IMG/VR virus record: IMGVR_UViG_3300024999_000081
Span: 1 to 64,000 of that record
DNA from: a virus
Length of the DNA: 64,000 nt
Strand: one strand, 5' to 3'
Shown here: piece after piece, positions 19,106 to 29,991 of the stretch
Layout of the letters: every line of letters begins with the position of its first letter
Position numbering within the stretch: position 1 is the first letter of the stretch
Position numbers and translations under genes: made by a program
Notes under the pieces: model-generated
What the model was told of the DNA's origin: nothing
The model's database searches: none
The model's input: only the letters and a program-made list of their open reading frames with translations

Positions 19106-21681
19106 TTCCATATCTACGAGCGACAGATAAAAATACTATCAATTGCAATGCTGATTTAATTATTCTTGATAATGGAGATCCAATATTAATTTCTTTATGT
19201 GATTTGCATATCAAAAACAGAAAAATATGTTCTGATATTATCTCTCATTCATATCATATCTCATTACGTGATAGAGAAGATATATTCTTTGAACAAACAT
19301 TATATGGCAGAGAAAATCATTATAGATATAAATCTGACAGGATGGATAATGATTTAACACATACAATTATTTATAATACAAAAATAAATGATTATTGTAT
19401 TAATTGGAATAATGAAGATAAGAATGAGATTATTACTAAGTATTTAAGGAATATTCATTATTTACCTGTGACTGCTGAGATTGTAAAAATGATTTTAGAT
19501 AAAGATGAAGAAACAAATGCTAAATATAAAAGTAATTATAGTAATTATGGATGTATTAGCGAATGTACTGTTTATACTAACAATCCTTTATATACTGATT
19601 TGAAGGTTTATAAAATCAATGTAACTTATTTTAAACAGAGTTTAAATGCTTTGACATTAGAAGGATATGAGGAAGATTTTGATTGGAATGCGATTGAAGA
19701 CATAGAAGAATACATTTTCGCTTTTCTTAGTCAGATTAAGGAAAGATTGAAGCAGAATGTTAGAGTTTTGTTTGATCCTAAGAATATTAATCAGAAAATT
19801 TTTGAAGGAAAAATGAAACCATTTGAAGGTCAAGTTCCAATTATTCAAGCAGGGTTAGAAGTTTTAAAAAGAAGTAGATTTGTTTATTTGGCTTGTCAAC
19901 AAGGTTTTGGGAAAACACTCACAGCAACAAAGATTAATCACTGTCACCTGTATCAAAAGAAACAAAATTATGTTACTTTAATTATGGTTCCAGCCATCAC
20001 ACTATCTCAGTGGAAAGATGAGATTAAAAACAGCATTGGTGATAAAGTTAATATTTACATAATTAAAAAGACATCTGAATTTATCCAAATTTATAATAAG
20101 ACTCAATTACAATTTGATAAACCTACATATTTTCTTGTAGGCAAAGAAACATTCAAACTTGATGCAAAAAGAGTATCTGGTGTAAATATTAGGACAATGG
20201 AAATCAAGCATAAAAAAGAGGTTCAAAGTGGTGGATATTATAGTTATTCGCAAATCAAAGAAGTCAAAGAGAAAATTACAATCGCATGTTGCCCAGACTG
20301 TGGAAGACCTTTGCAAAATGAATTGAGAAAAAAAGAAGATGTATTCTTTACTGAAAAAGATTTTCAAGGAAATCCTAAGAAATCAAATTATAAATGTTCT
20401 AATTGTGGTGCTGTATTATGGCAATCTACATATGACAAGACAAAGAAAAGTAGTTTAATAAGATTTATTAAAACTAAGAATATTCATTTTGATTCTGTCG
20501 GGATCGACGAAGCACATCAGAACAGAAATGGAGAATCGATTATCGGTAATTCTACTAGGACATTATTTAATTATGCTAAGAAAATATTGTTGCTCAGTGG
20601 TTCCAGTAACTCAGGATATAGTTCAAGTTTCCACAGTTTATTATTGGGATTAATACCAAATAAACTCAAAGCAAATGATGTTATGGAAATGGAAAAATTT
20701 ATTAAGACTTATGGAACATTAATGGCAGTCTCTAAAAAGAAAGATGGAGAATACTATCGTTCAGGTCGTAGTGAAATTAAAGATAGCGAATTCAAGGAGA
20801 TAGAAGGCGTGAATCCAATTTGCTTCGCAAAATACTTAGTTGAGAACTACATATTTGCCACATTAGATGATCTAGGAAAGGATTTGCCGGACTTAAATGA
20901 GTTCTATGTACCAATTAGTCAAACAGATGAAATGGAACGCTTAGAGAGGCATTTATGGGGAGAGATTAAGTCAGCAAACGCTTTCAATGCTAAAATGTAC
21001 GAAGATTCTATTGTAAAACATTATATTAATAATCCTTTTGACTGGAATTCTATTCCTATTAATCGTGGTGAAGAAAGTTATAAAGAAGTTCAACCAAGAT
21101 GTATTAGTGATTGTATTTTACCTAAAGAACAAAAATTATTAGATATTGTATTGCAAGAGGTTTCTGAAGGAAGAAAATGTTGTATATATATTGATTTTAA
21201 TAACGGTGGAGAATATATGCAATCTGATACAATTGCAAAAAGAATCGAGACTTTATTGACAAAAAATAATATTAAATGTTTTACATTGAAAGCATCAACG
21301 GCAACTTATGATAGAAAGGAATTATTAGACAAGAAGAAAGATGATTTTCAGGTATTAATTACGAATGCAAAATTAGTGGAAGTGGGATTAAATCTTATAT
21401 ACTTATCCAGTTTTATAAATTTCATGCCATCTTATCATTATGAAACTGTTGCTCAGAGCAATAGACGAGGATATAGGGCCAATAGCACACTAGAAAATAG
21501 GATTTATCATCTATATTATGAAAATTCATGCGAGAATGGGATTATTAAGAGATATCAACGCAAAATGGCTGAAGCACAAGCAATTGAGGGTAAATTTGAT
21601 GCTTGTTTGGAAGACGATGAGAGTATAAGAACTGCTAGTAAGTTGGGGAAGAAAATAAGTGAAGGAGTTAATATAAAGTAA
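19102..21681 (+). CDS. SNF2-like (SF2) helicase with Zn-ribbon insert
   Basis: QQGFGKT, DEAH, LLLSG, LVEVGLNL, QSNRRGYR; CPDC...CSNC; ATGA overlap with MTase. Confidence 0.85.
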   Translation: MIPYLRATDKNTINCNADLIILDNGDPILISLCDLHIKNRKICSDIISHSYHISLRDREDIFFEQTLYGRENHYRYKSDRMDNDLTHTIIYNTKINDYCINWNNEDKNEIITKYLRNIHYLPVTAEIVKMILDKDEETNAKYKSNYSNYGCISECTVYTNNPLYTDLKVYKINVTYFKQSLNALTLEGYEEDFDWNAIEDIEEYIFAFLSQIKERLKQNVRVLFDPKNINQKIFEGKMKPFEGQVPIIQAGLEVLKRSRFVYLACQQGFGKTLTATKINHCHLYQKKQNYVTLIMVPAITLSQWKDEIKNSIGDKVNIYIIKKTSEFIQIYNKTQLQFDKPTYFLVGKETFKLDAKRVSGVNIRTMEIKHKKEVQSGGYYSYSQIKEVKEKITIACCPDCGRPLQNELRKKEDVFFTEKDFQGNPKKSNYKCSNCGAVLWQSTYDKTKKSSLIRFIKTKNIHFDSVGIDEAHQNRNGESIIGNSTRTLFNYAKKILLLSGSSNSGYSSSFHSLLLGLIPNKLKANDVMEMEKFIKTYGTLMAVSKKKDGEYYRSGRSEIKDSEFKEIEGVNPICFAKYLVENYIFATLDDLGKDLPDLNEFYVPISQTDEMERLERHLWGEIKSANAFNAKMYEDSIVKHYINNPFDWNSIPINRGEESYKEVQPRCISDCILPKEQKLLDIVLQEVSEGRKCCIYIDFNNGGEYMQSDTIAKRIETLLTKNNIKCFTLKASTATYDRKELLDKKKDDFQVLITNAKLVEVGLNLIYLSSFINFMPSYHYETVAQSNRRGYRANSTLENRIYHLYYENSCENGIIKRYQRKMAEAQAIEGKFDACLEDDESIRTASKLGKKISEGVNIK

Positions 21682-21694
21682 TAAATAATATTTC

Positions 21695-21723
21695 TTGACA
21701 TTTATAATGGAATAATGTATTAT
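21695..21723 (+). promoter_or_regulatory. SigA-type promoter
   Basis: TTGACA-17-TATTAT preceded by AATAAATAATATTT. Confidence 0.7.
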
Positions 21724-21766
21724 TAGTATATGAATAATAAATAAAAATAAAGGAGGGATCACACAA

Positions 21767-22060
21767 ATGAAAAAACTACTTATCACATCAATTATTCCAA
21801 TTCTAATATTATCGGGCTGTGGTGCAAAATCAAATCAAATCCAAAAACCTCAAACACAACAATCTCAAGATCAAGACGATGATGAAGAAATGGGATGGTT
21901 TGAAGATGAAGTTTTGGATCTTGATGATTGGGGCGAAAGTAAACACAAGAAAGTAAAACCTAAGACAAATACAGGCACTTCTAACGTGACAAAACCATCT
22001 GCTAATACAAAATCACCTACAGTTAAATCTAAGACTGCTACAAGCAAAAAGAAGGGTTGA
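21767..22060 (+). CDS. Lipoprotein with acidic and basic low-complexity tail
   Basis: Lipobox LSGC; RBS AAGGAGG. Confidence 0.75.
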   Translation: MKKLLITSIIPILILSGCGAKSNQIQKPQTQQSQDQDDDEEMGWFEDEVLDLDDWGESKHKKVKPKTNTGTSNVTKPSANTKSPTVKSKTATSKKKG

Positions 22061-22106
22061 GAAGTAAGAAATAAATTATCTCTTTTAAATGAAAGGTGGT
22101 TAAAAA

Positions 22107-22355
22107 GTGGAAACGATTAATTTACAAGATAATCATAGAAAAGTTCTGAATAGCAAAATTACTAAAGCAATCAATTCTATACCAGATGAAACTATTCAAG
22201 AAATATTTTTAGATTATATTGCAAGCGAGATTGATAGTTTGTATTCTGAAAGTAATTTTCAAGACATTGTAGAATCTCAATTAAGAGAAATGATTAGAAA
22301 CATGTTTATTGAAAAAGGATTGCTAAAATCAACAAAAATTGAGGAGAGTATTTAA
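22107..22355 (+). CDS. Hypothetical protein
   Basis: GTG start; RBS AAGGTGG. Confidence 0.65.
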   Translation: METINLQDNHRKVLNSKITKAINSIPDETIQEIFLDYIASEIDSLYSESNFQDIVESQLREMIRNMFIEKGLLKSTKIEESI

Positions 22356-22358
22356 TTA

Positions 22359-22655
22359 ATGAAAAAGAAAATAGAATTAACTTATCTAACCCCTTTAGAA
22401 TTTATTGCTACATATACAAGAGAAGAATTTTTTAGAGGAGAGCATGATAGTGAAAGAAAATGGTTAGAAGAGGATGCAGGAATGCCTATATTAAATATTA
22501 TTGCAAAAATTACAACTGGTAATTATGATCAGTTTATTATGAAAACTTTTGATAAATTTGCTCCAAAGGTAGGGTTTTTATATTGTGGAGAACATGATAT
22601 ATTTCATGAATATGAAAAATGCCCATTCTGTCAATTAGGGATACGAGTTGATTAA
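22359..22655 (+). CDS. Hypothetical protein
   Basis: C-terminal C..H...CPFC. Confidence 0.65.
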   Translation: MKKKIELTYLTPLEFIATYTREEFFRGEHDSERKWLEEDAGMPILNIIAKITTGNYDQFIMKTFDKFAPKVGFLYCGEHDIFHEYEKCPFCQLGIRVD

Positions 22656-22676
22656 TAAAAATAAATATTAGGAGGA

Positions 22677-22952
22677 ATGCATAAGATGGAAGAATTAAAG
22701 TTATATAAATTTAATGATGGTGATTATGAGCATTGGATTTTAGCAAACAATCTTGTTCAGGCTATTGATTATTTTGTTCATGATTATTGTGGAGAGGATG
22801 AGTCTCAATTTGAATATGGATTTACTATTAGTTTAGTAGATGATGAAACATTAGATATTGAATTTGAGGATGAAGGGGAAAATACTTCTTGGAGAAAAAT
22901 CATGAATGAGTGTGAAGTTATACCAAATTGCATTGGAACAAATGTAGATTAA
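22677..22952 (+). CDS. Acidic hypothetical protein
   Basis: RBS AGGAGG. Confidence 0.7.
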   Translation: MHKMEELKLYKFNDGDYEHWILANNLVQAIDYFVHDYCGEDESQFEYGFTISLVDDETLDIEFEDEGENTSWRKIMNECEVIPNCIGTNVD

Positions 22953-23240
22953 TTTTCATATTTTTAGGAAGTTGCGATTCTAAGAATCAAGTTATAGGTT
23001 GGTTTCATGGTTCGTAACTTCCCATAAAAAGTCGATTTTAATGGAGTAGGAGGAGTAAAATGACAACAGTTAGAGATATTCAAAAAGATATTGCAGAATT
23101 ATTAATATTCATTGCTGAATTTTATAATTTTGACGATGACGCAGGATTAACTGATATAGCATCAAGACTATATCAAATCACAGATAAAATGTAAGTATAT
23201 TAAAAATTAGTTTGATGGCAAAGAAAGAAGGGAACTAAAA

Positions 23241-23852
23241 ATGGGAATGTTTGATGCCTTTTATGGAGAAGTCCAATGTCCACATTGCAGAGATGTTCAT
23301 AAATTTGAAGAACAAACTAAACAATATGATTGTATATTAGCAGAATTTCTTATTGGCGATTATGTAGAAAAGGGTAATGCTAATTTTACATATAAATTTG
23401 AGTGGTTTTGTGAAAAAGATAGAGATAAAACATTTGATATTGGTATTGCTTTCCACAGAGGACAAATAGTTAAATTTTTAGTGAATGAAGAAATAGAAAC
23501 TGTTAATCCTGAATTATTAGATAATATTAAAGATGGTTTAGGCAGAAGGTTACTTTATGAAAAGAAATGTAGAAAAGCTGATGGTATTCCCAAAGAACAT
23601 CTTGAGTATGAATTAAACCCATTGTCAGAAGGATATAAATTTATTGCTTTTGAAGTTGAATGGGAAGTTATAAAACTTTATAGGCAGAAAGAGCATTGGA
23701 TGTTTAATGGTATGGAATATTATTATGAAATTAAATCCAAGGAGCATGGGACGAGAATCATGCATGCTTCAAAAAGATTTTGGGATAGTGGTATGGAGAT
23801 TATAACTTTCAACCATGCCAATAAATATAAGTCTCTATATTTTGATGAATAA
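23241..23852 (+). CDS. Hypothetical phage protein, bracketed by core sites
   Basis: MGMFD...CPHC...QTK..DC; sites 23202 and 23860. Confidence 0.75.
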   Translation: MGMFDAFYGEVQCPHCRDVHKFEEQTKQYDCILAEFLIGDYVEKGNANFTYKFEWFCEKDRDKTFDIGIAFHRGQIVKFLVNEEIETVNPELLDNIKDGLGRRLLYEKKCRKADGIPKEHLEYELNPLSEGYKFIAFEVEWEVIKLYRQKEHWMFNGMEYYYEIKSKEHGTRIMHASKRFWDSGMEIITFNHANKYKSLYFDE

Positions 23853-23898
23853 TCCTAGCAAAATTCCATTTTATCGTACAAATAAGGAGGAAACAATA

Positions 23899-24279
23899 AT
23901 GAAAATTGAAATACAAACTTCTCAAATAAGTGAACAGTATATTAAAGACACATTTAGCCAATATACAGAAGTATATCAAATGCCTAAACTAATTAAAGGA
24001 AGATGCATATTTCATATGTATCCTTATCAAGATACAACAAATGAAGATGGTAGTTTAGTAGGATATAATGATGCAATGTTATTCAACTTACATATTTATG
24101 ATATTGAGAATATGAATGTTTGGAAAACAAGCAATAAAGATTCACTTGATATTGATGTTCCTTGTAAAATTAGGATATTCAAAGATTTGAGTACAATGGT
24201 AGTTATTGATGGTGGAGTTGAACTACATTCATTTCAAGCATTTGAAGTCTGTAAAATAGGAAAATATGATAGAATATAA
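23899..24279 (+). CDS. Hypothetical protein (true start 23899)
   Basis: RBS AAGGAGG. Confidence 0.7.
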   Translation: MKIEIQTSQISEQYIKDTFSQYTEVYQMPKLIKGRCIFHMYPYQDTTNEDGSLVGYNDAMLFNLHIYDIENMNVWKTSNKDSLDIDVPCKIRIFKDLSTMVVIDGGVELHSFQAFEVCKIGKYDRI

Positions 24280-24317
24280 AATAGTATATGAAGTGATTAG
24301 AAAGGAAGAAAACAACA

Positions 24318-24561
24318 ATGAAAATGTGGGCTTGTACTTATCAATATGAAGAAGATTATTTTCATGATTTTGCAAAAAATGATATTACATATGGAATTGA
24401 ACCTACTCAATTGCTACCAACAAAAAAAATTAGCAGAACAAATGATTGAAGATTTATTGAGTGATGATTATGTTCCTGTTGAAATTGAAATATATAGCTA
24501 TAAAGAGAAAGGTGTATTGTCTTATAGTATTGGTAGAGTGGATATGTGGGGCAGAAGATAA
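24318..24561 (+). pseudogene. Frameshifted small gene (extra A in A8 run 24422-24429)
   Basis: MKMWACTY...LLPTKK joins LAEQMIEDLL if one A is removed. Confidence 0.6.
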
Positions 24562-24583
24562 TGAATGGGAGGATGATGAATAA

Positions 24584-24901
24584 ATGGATATTCTAAACTT
24601 ACATACAAACGTATATGATTGTTACACCAACAAAGTAAAAGGAAATAAACTTCTTACATATGAAATGGTTCAGAAGAAACTCACCAGAAACTATCACTTA
24701 TCAAAGAAAGTAAAATTAGGTTCACAAGAATTATGCCTATATGGATGCCTTACCTTTCTAGTAAGTGAAAATTGTGTCTTATGGTTAAAGAATTACATAG
24801 GAACAGATACCTCTTGGTTTGTTAAGGATATCAAGAAGTACAACAAACTCAATGAGCAATTAGGAATTGACAATAATGCAAAAGAATTTAAACTTGACTA
24901 A
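24584..24901 (+). CDS. Hypothetical phage protein
   Basis: RBS GGAGG. Confidence 0.7.
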   Translation: MDILNLHTNVYDCYTNKVKGNKLLTYEMVQKKLTRNYHLSKKVKLGSQELCLYGCLTFLVSENCVLWLKNYIGTDTSWFVKDIKKYNKLNEQLGIDNNAKEFKLD

Positions 24902-24922
24902 ATATGAAAATAATTATATAAT
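24894..24922 (+). promoter_or_regulatory. SigA-type promoter
   Basis: TTGACT-17-TATAAT. Confidence 0.65.
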
Positions 24923-25286
24923 GAAAGAGGAATAATGAATTGGCTGAAATGATATTATCATATCTTAAAAAGGAAGCAGATAAAGAAGTTATAAGAAAAG
25001 CTAAAGCAAAAGAGCAAGATATAAGAGGATACATAATTGGAAGTGTTTATAAAACACAAAAGAAGCGAAGAAAGTATATGGGGAAGTAGGTGTATGAATA
25101 AATTTGAGTATAAATTAACTTTCAAATCTGATTCAGAGAATATTATTGAGATTTTAGATAATATTTCTGAGACAATTAGAATGGAATTATTAGATAAAAT
25201 AATTAATCCTATGCCGTTGATTACTATGTTAGAAGAAGATTAGAACGTATAATTTTTTTAAAGTAAAAAATAAAGGAGATAATTTT

Positions 25287-25556
25287 ATGAAAAGAGTTAA
25301 GGAATTAGAAAGAAAGATGAACAGAAAGATTTTTACTGTTCGTGGGTATTTAATAACTACAGATACAAATGATAAATATGTTTTGTGGGCAAAAAATATG
25401 GCGAATGCTTGTGAATTAGTTCCATTGAAGTTATGTAATGGAACAACTAATATTTATGAAATTGAAAATAAATATTGTAAACCTTATGATAAAACTCAAG
25501 GAAAACAATATGAGAAATCATTTTGGTATTATGGAAGAGTATATAAGGTATCATAA
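25287..25556 (+). CDS. Hypothetical protein
   Basis: RBS AAGGAG. Confidence 0.65.
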   Translation: MKRVKELERKMNRKIFTVRGYLITTDTNDKYVLWAKNMANACELVPLKLCNGTTNIYEIENKYCKPYDKTQGKQYEKSFWYYGRVYKVS

Positions 25557-25601
25557 ATACAAACAAACGACTCATTTATTGGTAAAAGAAAGGATATTAA
25601 A

Positions 25602-25805
25602 ATGAAATTAATTGGAACAGAAAACTTAGAAAGACAATTTACTATTTCAATTTCAGAAAGTGATTTAGGAACATTATTTTTAGCTTTAGGAAAATGTTCA
25701 GATATGGATATTAGAGAACACAGGGATGAATGTTATTCAGGATTAAAATACAATCCAGATGCTCTTGTAGTATACCAAGAAATAAGAAATATATTAGAAT
25801 CATGA
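25602..25805 (+). CDS. Hypothetical protein, bracketed by core sites
   Basis: RBS AAGGA; sites 25565 and 25805. Confidence 0.65.
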   Translation: MKLIGTENLERQFTISISESDLGTLFLALGKCSDMDIREHRDECYSGLKYNPDALVVYQEIRNILES

Positions 25806-26062
25806 AATTAAGATTTGCTGTGGAAAGGAGAATAAGTTACGTGTGATGAATTAGACAAACTAAGAAATAAAATAAGCAAACTAATTGTTGACAGAGATAA
25901 TTTAAAAGATGCCTTAGAATATTTATTAGACATGTATATTCAATTGGTTGATAATGCTTGCCAGTGCAAGAATATGTATTTTGATGATCCTACAGAATTA
26001 TGTCCATATTGTAATGCTAAAGAAGTATTAAAAGAGATTGAATAAAAAGGAGTGTAAAATTT

Positions 26063-26455
26063 ATGTCAATGTCCATAGGTGTAATTACTGGTTTTGTTGC
26101 TCTAGGTGGTTTAGGAATAGGATATTATATAATTAACTCCAAAAATACTAAAAGTAAAAAATCAGAAAAAGAAATTATCGTTCCATATACCAAACCAGCA
26201 CAAGAAAGAATTAAGTTTGCTAAAGTAAATACAGATATTAAAACTACACCAATTTCCACATCAACTACAAAGCAAACAAAAACACCTTCAAAAACTTCAA
26301 ATACTATTCGTAATCACAATACATATGATGATTTTTATCCTACATGTCATGATTATGGAAGTAGTTCTCATAGCAGTTCGTATGATTCTCATAGTTCTTG
26401 TGACTCTGGTAGTAGTGATTCAGGAGATTGCGACTGTGGTGGAGGATGTGATTAA
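26063..26455 (+). CDS. Membrane-anchored protein with Ser/Asp/Gly/Cys tail
   Basis: N-terminal TM; SSSYDSHSSCDSGSSDSGDCDCGGGCD. Confidence 0.75.
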   Translation: MSMSIGVITGFVALGGLGIGYYIINSKNTKSKKSEKEIIVPYTKPAQERIKFAKVNTDIKTTPISTSTTKQTKTPSKTSNTIRNHNTYDDFYPTCHDYGSSSHSSSYDSHSSCDSGSSDSGDCDCGGGCD

Positions 26456-26499
26456 TATCCTGCAAAAATTTTATAAAATTAGAAAGGAGAAATAATATC

Positions 26500-26700
26500 A
26501 TGAAAATAAGATTTAACAAATACGCATTAATTACAAAAGAAAGACCTATGAAGTTTATTGATGGAAACTGTAATACCACAGATAGAATAGAAGAGGCAAT
26601 GTTAAATGATTCTGAAATAATTGTGAATGACGTTTTAAAAACATTTGACAATCCAGAAGAGTTTGAAGTATTGCCAGTTAATATTACCTACGAACTGTAG
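26500..26700 (+). CDS. Hypothetical protein
   Basis: RBS AAGGAG. Confidence 0.65.
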   Translation: MKIRFNKYALITKERPMKFIDGNCNTTDRIEEAMLNDSEIIVNDVLKTFDNPEEFEVLPVNITYEL

Positions 26701-26729
26701 TTTTTAACGGTATTAGAAAGGAGTTAATT

Positions 26730-27017
26730 ATGGGATACACAACAAAATTTAATATTGGTGACATTGTATGGTTTGTGGAAGAAGAAATGGTATATGAAAA
26801 CAACTGTCCATGTTGTAATGGAAGATTGCCTAATTCTAAGGTAATGAAGTTTCATAAAACTACAGTTAAAGAAATATTTATTGGGAATGGATATAATAAA
26901 CCATACGAACAATATAATTTAACATATCCACGCAGTCTTTCTGCGAGCAAACTCTATGCAACTAAAAATGAGGCAGAAGAATCAATCAAAGCTTTAGATT
27001 ATAAAGGAGAGATATAA
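26730..27017 (+). CDS. Hypothetical phage protein
   Basis: TKFNIGDIVW...CPCCNG; RBS AAGGAG. Confidence 0.7.
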   Translation: MGYTTKFNIGDIVWFVEEEMVYENNCPCCNGRLPNSKVMKFHKTTVKEIFIGNGYNKPYEQYNLTYPRSLSASKLYATKNEAEESIKALDYKGEI

Positions 27018-27019
27018 AA

Positions 27020-27424
27020 TTGAAAAATAAAAAGTTAATTGCAGGTCTTTTGTGTATAGGATTATTATAAATCCCTTTAACTGGCTGTGGTCAAACTGAA
27101 GCAGATAAAGTATCTTACAATTTATCATTAGAGGCAGATAATTTCAATGTTGTGCGTCAACTTACAGTAATTAATTGTATTACAAGTGATGTATTGTTTC
27201 AAATGACAGGAAGAATATCTATTAAAGCTGATAAAGAAGATAACCAACTCGAAGTAACAGTAGAAGACGAAAATGGTAATTATCAAAAACATTTTGTAGG
27301 CTTATCAGATAATGTAACATATGTTGTTGAGCAATTGAGAAGTAAGAATGTTGATAAGTATAAATATACATTGAACTATAATCCTAAAATGTGGATTCCG
27401 ATTGGTGTGGATAAGATTGATTAG
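27020..27424 (+). pseudogene. Phage lipoprotein gene with in-frame TAA (27068-27070) in the signal peptide
   Basis: TTG start, LKNKKLIAGLLCIGLL*IPLTGC, in frame with ORF 27152-27424. Confidence 0.75.
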
Positions 27425-27461
27425 TAAAAGAAAATGTAATTAAGAAAGGAAGAAAATATTA

Positions 27462-27965
27462 ATGACAAGTCAAGAACAAAAAACCATAGATAAATTATAT
27501 CAATTAATGTCTGATATCCAAAAAGAGAATAATGAGTTTAGAAAACAAGTAAATGATCTCACCACTAAAATTAATACAAAATTAGAAACCAAACATCTTC
27601 CTATTACTTTAGAACAAGACATCTTATCTGTAGCACAACAATCAGTACAGAAAGCAATTCAAGAATCTATGACCAAGTACGATAGTCCTTTGATTAAACT
27701 TGTTTCTTCTGTGATAAATGAACATTCAATAGAGTTGAGAAAAATTATTTCAGATAGTTTTAATGAAGTAATCAAGAAAGAAGATTTTAAGCAATCAATT
27801 ATAGCAGGATTTTCACATAAAGTTGCTAGAAGTATTATCAGTAATAATGATGGATTATTTGATAAGGTGAGCAATGAATTAAAACAAGATGCTGTATTTA
27901 AGTCCAAGATGGCTTTAGCTGTAGCAAATGTTGTTAATGAGTGTTTAGAAAGAGGTAGTAAATAA
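27462..27965 (+). CDS. Helical hypothetical protein
   Basis: 167-aa ORF; RBS. Confidence 0.75.
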   Translation: MTSQEQKTIDKLYQLMSDIQKENNEFRKQVNDLTTKINTKLETKHLPITLEQDILSVAQQSVQKAIQESMTKYDSPLIKLVSSVINEHSIELRKIISDSFNEVIKKEDFKQSIIAGFSHKVARSIISNNDGLFDKVSNELKQDAVFKSKMALAVANVVNECLERGSK

Positions 27966-27966
27966 A

Positions 27967-28200
27967 TTGAGTTCATTCAGAAAAGAATTTAATACATATA
28001 CTTTGGAAGAATTAAAAGATAATGATTTTGGTTTTACTCTTAAAGAATCATTCGTCCATGAAGATGAAGTTAAAAGTATGCTTGACTCAATAGAAAATGG
28101 CGTAAATATTATCAAAGAAGGATTGGAGAGTATTAAAGGATTAAGCGAAATTGATGACATTTATACTATAGTAAAATTATTATCTGATAAATTATATTAA
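27967..28200 (+). CDS. Hypothetical protein
   Basis: TTG start; RBS GAGGT. Confidence 0.6.
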   Translation: MSSFRKEFNTYTLEELKDNDFGFTLKESFVHEDEVKSMLDSIENGVNIIKEGLESIKGLSEIDDIYTIVKLLSDKLY

Positions 28201-28635
28201 TTCTTGATTGAAGGAGGATTTTATGAATACGAATAAGTTAATCGTTAAACTTTTAATTCGTTGTCTTAAATTATTAATGGATATCAAAAGCGAACAAACT
28301 GGTTCAAATTATTCTTTTGAAAAAGAAAGTGAAACAATTAGAGAAGCTAGAAAATATATAGGTGATTAAATTAATTGGAAAGGAGAAAATAATTTGATGT
28401 AATTGAATTGAAGGGAGGTGAATTAATTTTGCGTACATTAGAAATATACTTAAAAAGTGGTCATACAATCAATGTAAAATGTAAAGATTGGTCTTTTCAA
28501 ACAGACGATGTTACAGGTGAATTCACTGGTTATAATTTTACAGACTTAGATAGTCCTTCAACATTAGAAATTGTACCTGCTCAAATTGTTGGTTATATTC
28601 AAATATAAATAAATAAAAATATAAAGGAGTTAAAA

Positions 28636-29217
28636 ATGAAACAAGTCAAAATATTATGGACATTTTTAATAGTATTCATGTTAGCACTTCAACCTATGAT
28701 TACATTAGCAAAAAGTTCTTCAACATCATCTAGCAGTAAACCTTCTACTTCTACTAGTACTTCAAAAAATTCTAATACAGCACCAAAAAGCTCAATTGAT
28801 TTAAGTAAAAAACCAACTTCGTCTGGCACTTCTACTTCATCAACATCGACTAGTGTGAGTAAAAGCGTACCTTCTACAAGTGGTTTAACAAGTACAACGA
28901 GTTCAAAATATATTCCACCAAGCAATACCACTGTAACAAAGAAAACATTTTTAGGTTCTACATATAGCAATGGCAATAGCACATCATTTCATTTTGGAGG
29001 AACACCTTATAATTATGGGTATCATCCTAGATTTACTCCTAGTTGGTATAGTCCTTATTGGTACAATCCATATTACTACATGCATCCTGCACCTGTAATC
29101 GTAACAAGTGGTGACTTTGGATTTAGTTTCTTGATTATGTTAATTATCTTAGGAGCAATTGGTTATGGAGTTTATAGATATATTAAGCGAAAAAATACTC
29201 TTGATGTTAAAAAATAA
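28636..29217 (+). CDS. Secreted/membrane Ser-Thr-rich protein heading the ter cluster
   Basis: Signal peptide, S/T-rich linker, Y/P/W-rich segment, C-terminal TM. Confidence 0.75.
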   Translation: MKQVKILWTFLIVFMLALQPMITLAKSSSTSSSSKPSTSTSTSKNSNTAPKSSIDLSKKPTSSGTSTSSTSTSVSKSVPSTSGLTSTTSSKYIPPSNTTVTKKTFLGSTYSNGNSTSFHFGGTPYNYGYHPRFTPSWYSPYWYNPYYYMHPAPVIVTSGDFGFSFLIMLIILGAIGYGVYRYIKRKNTLDVKK

Positions 29218-29239
29218 AAAATGTAAGGGGAGATTAAAA

Positions 29240-29951
29240 TTGATTAATTTAGTTAAAGGCCAAAAAATTGATTTAACCAAAGATAATCCAAATTTGCAAC
29301 AGGTTAATATGTGTTTGGGTTGGGACTCAATTAAAGAAGGTAAAAAGAAAACCAAAATTAAGAAAAAGGGATTCTTCAATACTTTAGGAGAAGTATTTCA
29401 AGGTAAAGCATCGTTAAGACAGGTGGTAGATAGTATAACTTCGTCTGCATCTAATGCAGTAGATGATATTATTGAATCACAACATCAATCTAATATTGAC
29501 ATTGATGCTTCAGCAATAGTTTTGCATAATGATAAATATATTAATGGTTCAAATGATTTAGTTTACTATGGTAATACACGCCATTATAGCGGATCAATAA
29601 ATCATTCGGGAGATAATTTAACTGGTGAAGGAGATGGAGATGACGAAATAATCAATGTTAACTTTAGCCAAAATTCCTTCAAATGTAAACAAAGTAGTAT
29701 TTGTAGTAAATATTTATGGTTGTCAAAGTAGGAAACAGCATTTTGGTATGATTTCAAATGCTTATATTAGAGTAGTTAATCCGTTAATTAATCAAGAACT
29801 TTGTAAGTTTGATTTAACCGACGACTATTCAAAACATACTGCTATTTATGTAGCTGAACTTTATCGACATAATGGCGAGTGGAAATTTACTGCTATTGGG
29901 GTTGGATCAAAAGATACATCAGTAAAGGATATGACACGTAAATATAGATAA
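29240..29951 (+). pseudogene. terD: TerD-family protein, +1 frameshift at 29663-29665
   Basis: INLVKGQKIDLTK, LGWD, DIDAS, HSGDNLTGEGDGDDE, then in the next frame FVVNIY...FG..NAYIR...YRHNGEWKF. Confidence 0.85.
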
Positions 29952-29991
29952 GTAATATATAAATTTAATAATTAAAGGAGAGATATTTAAT

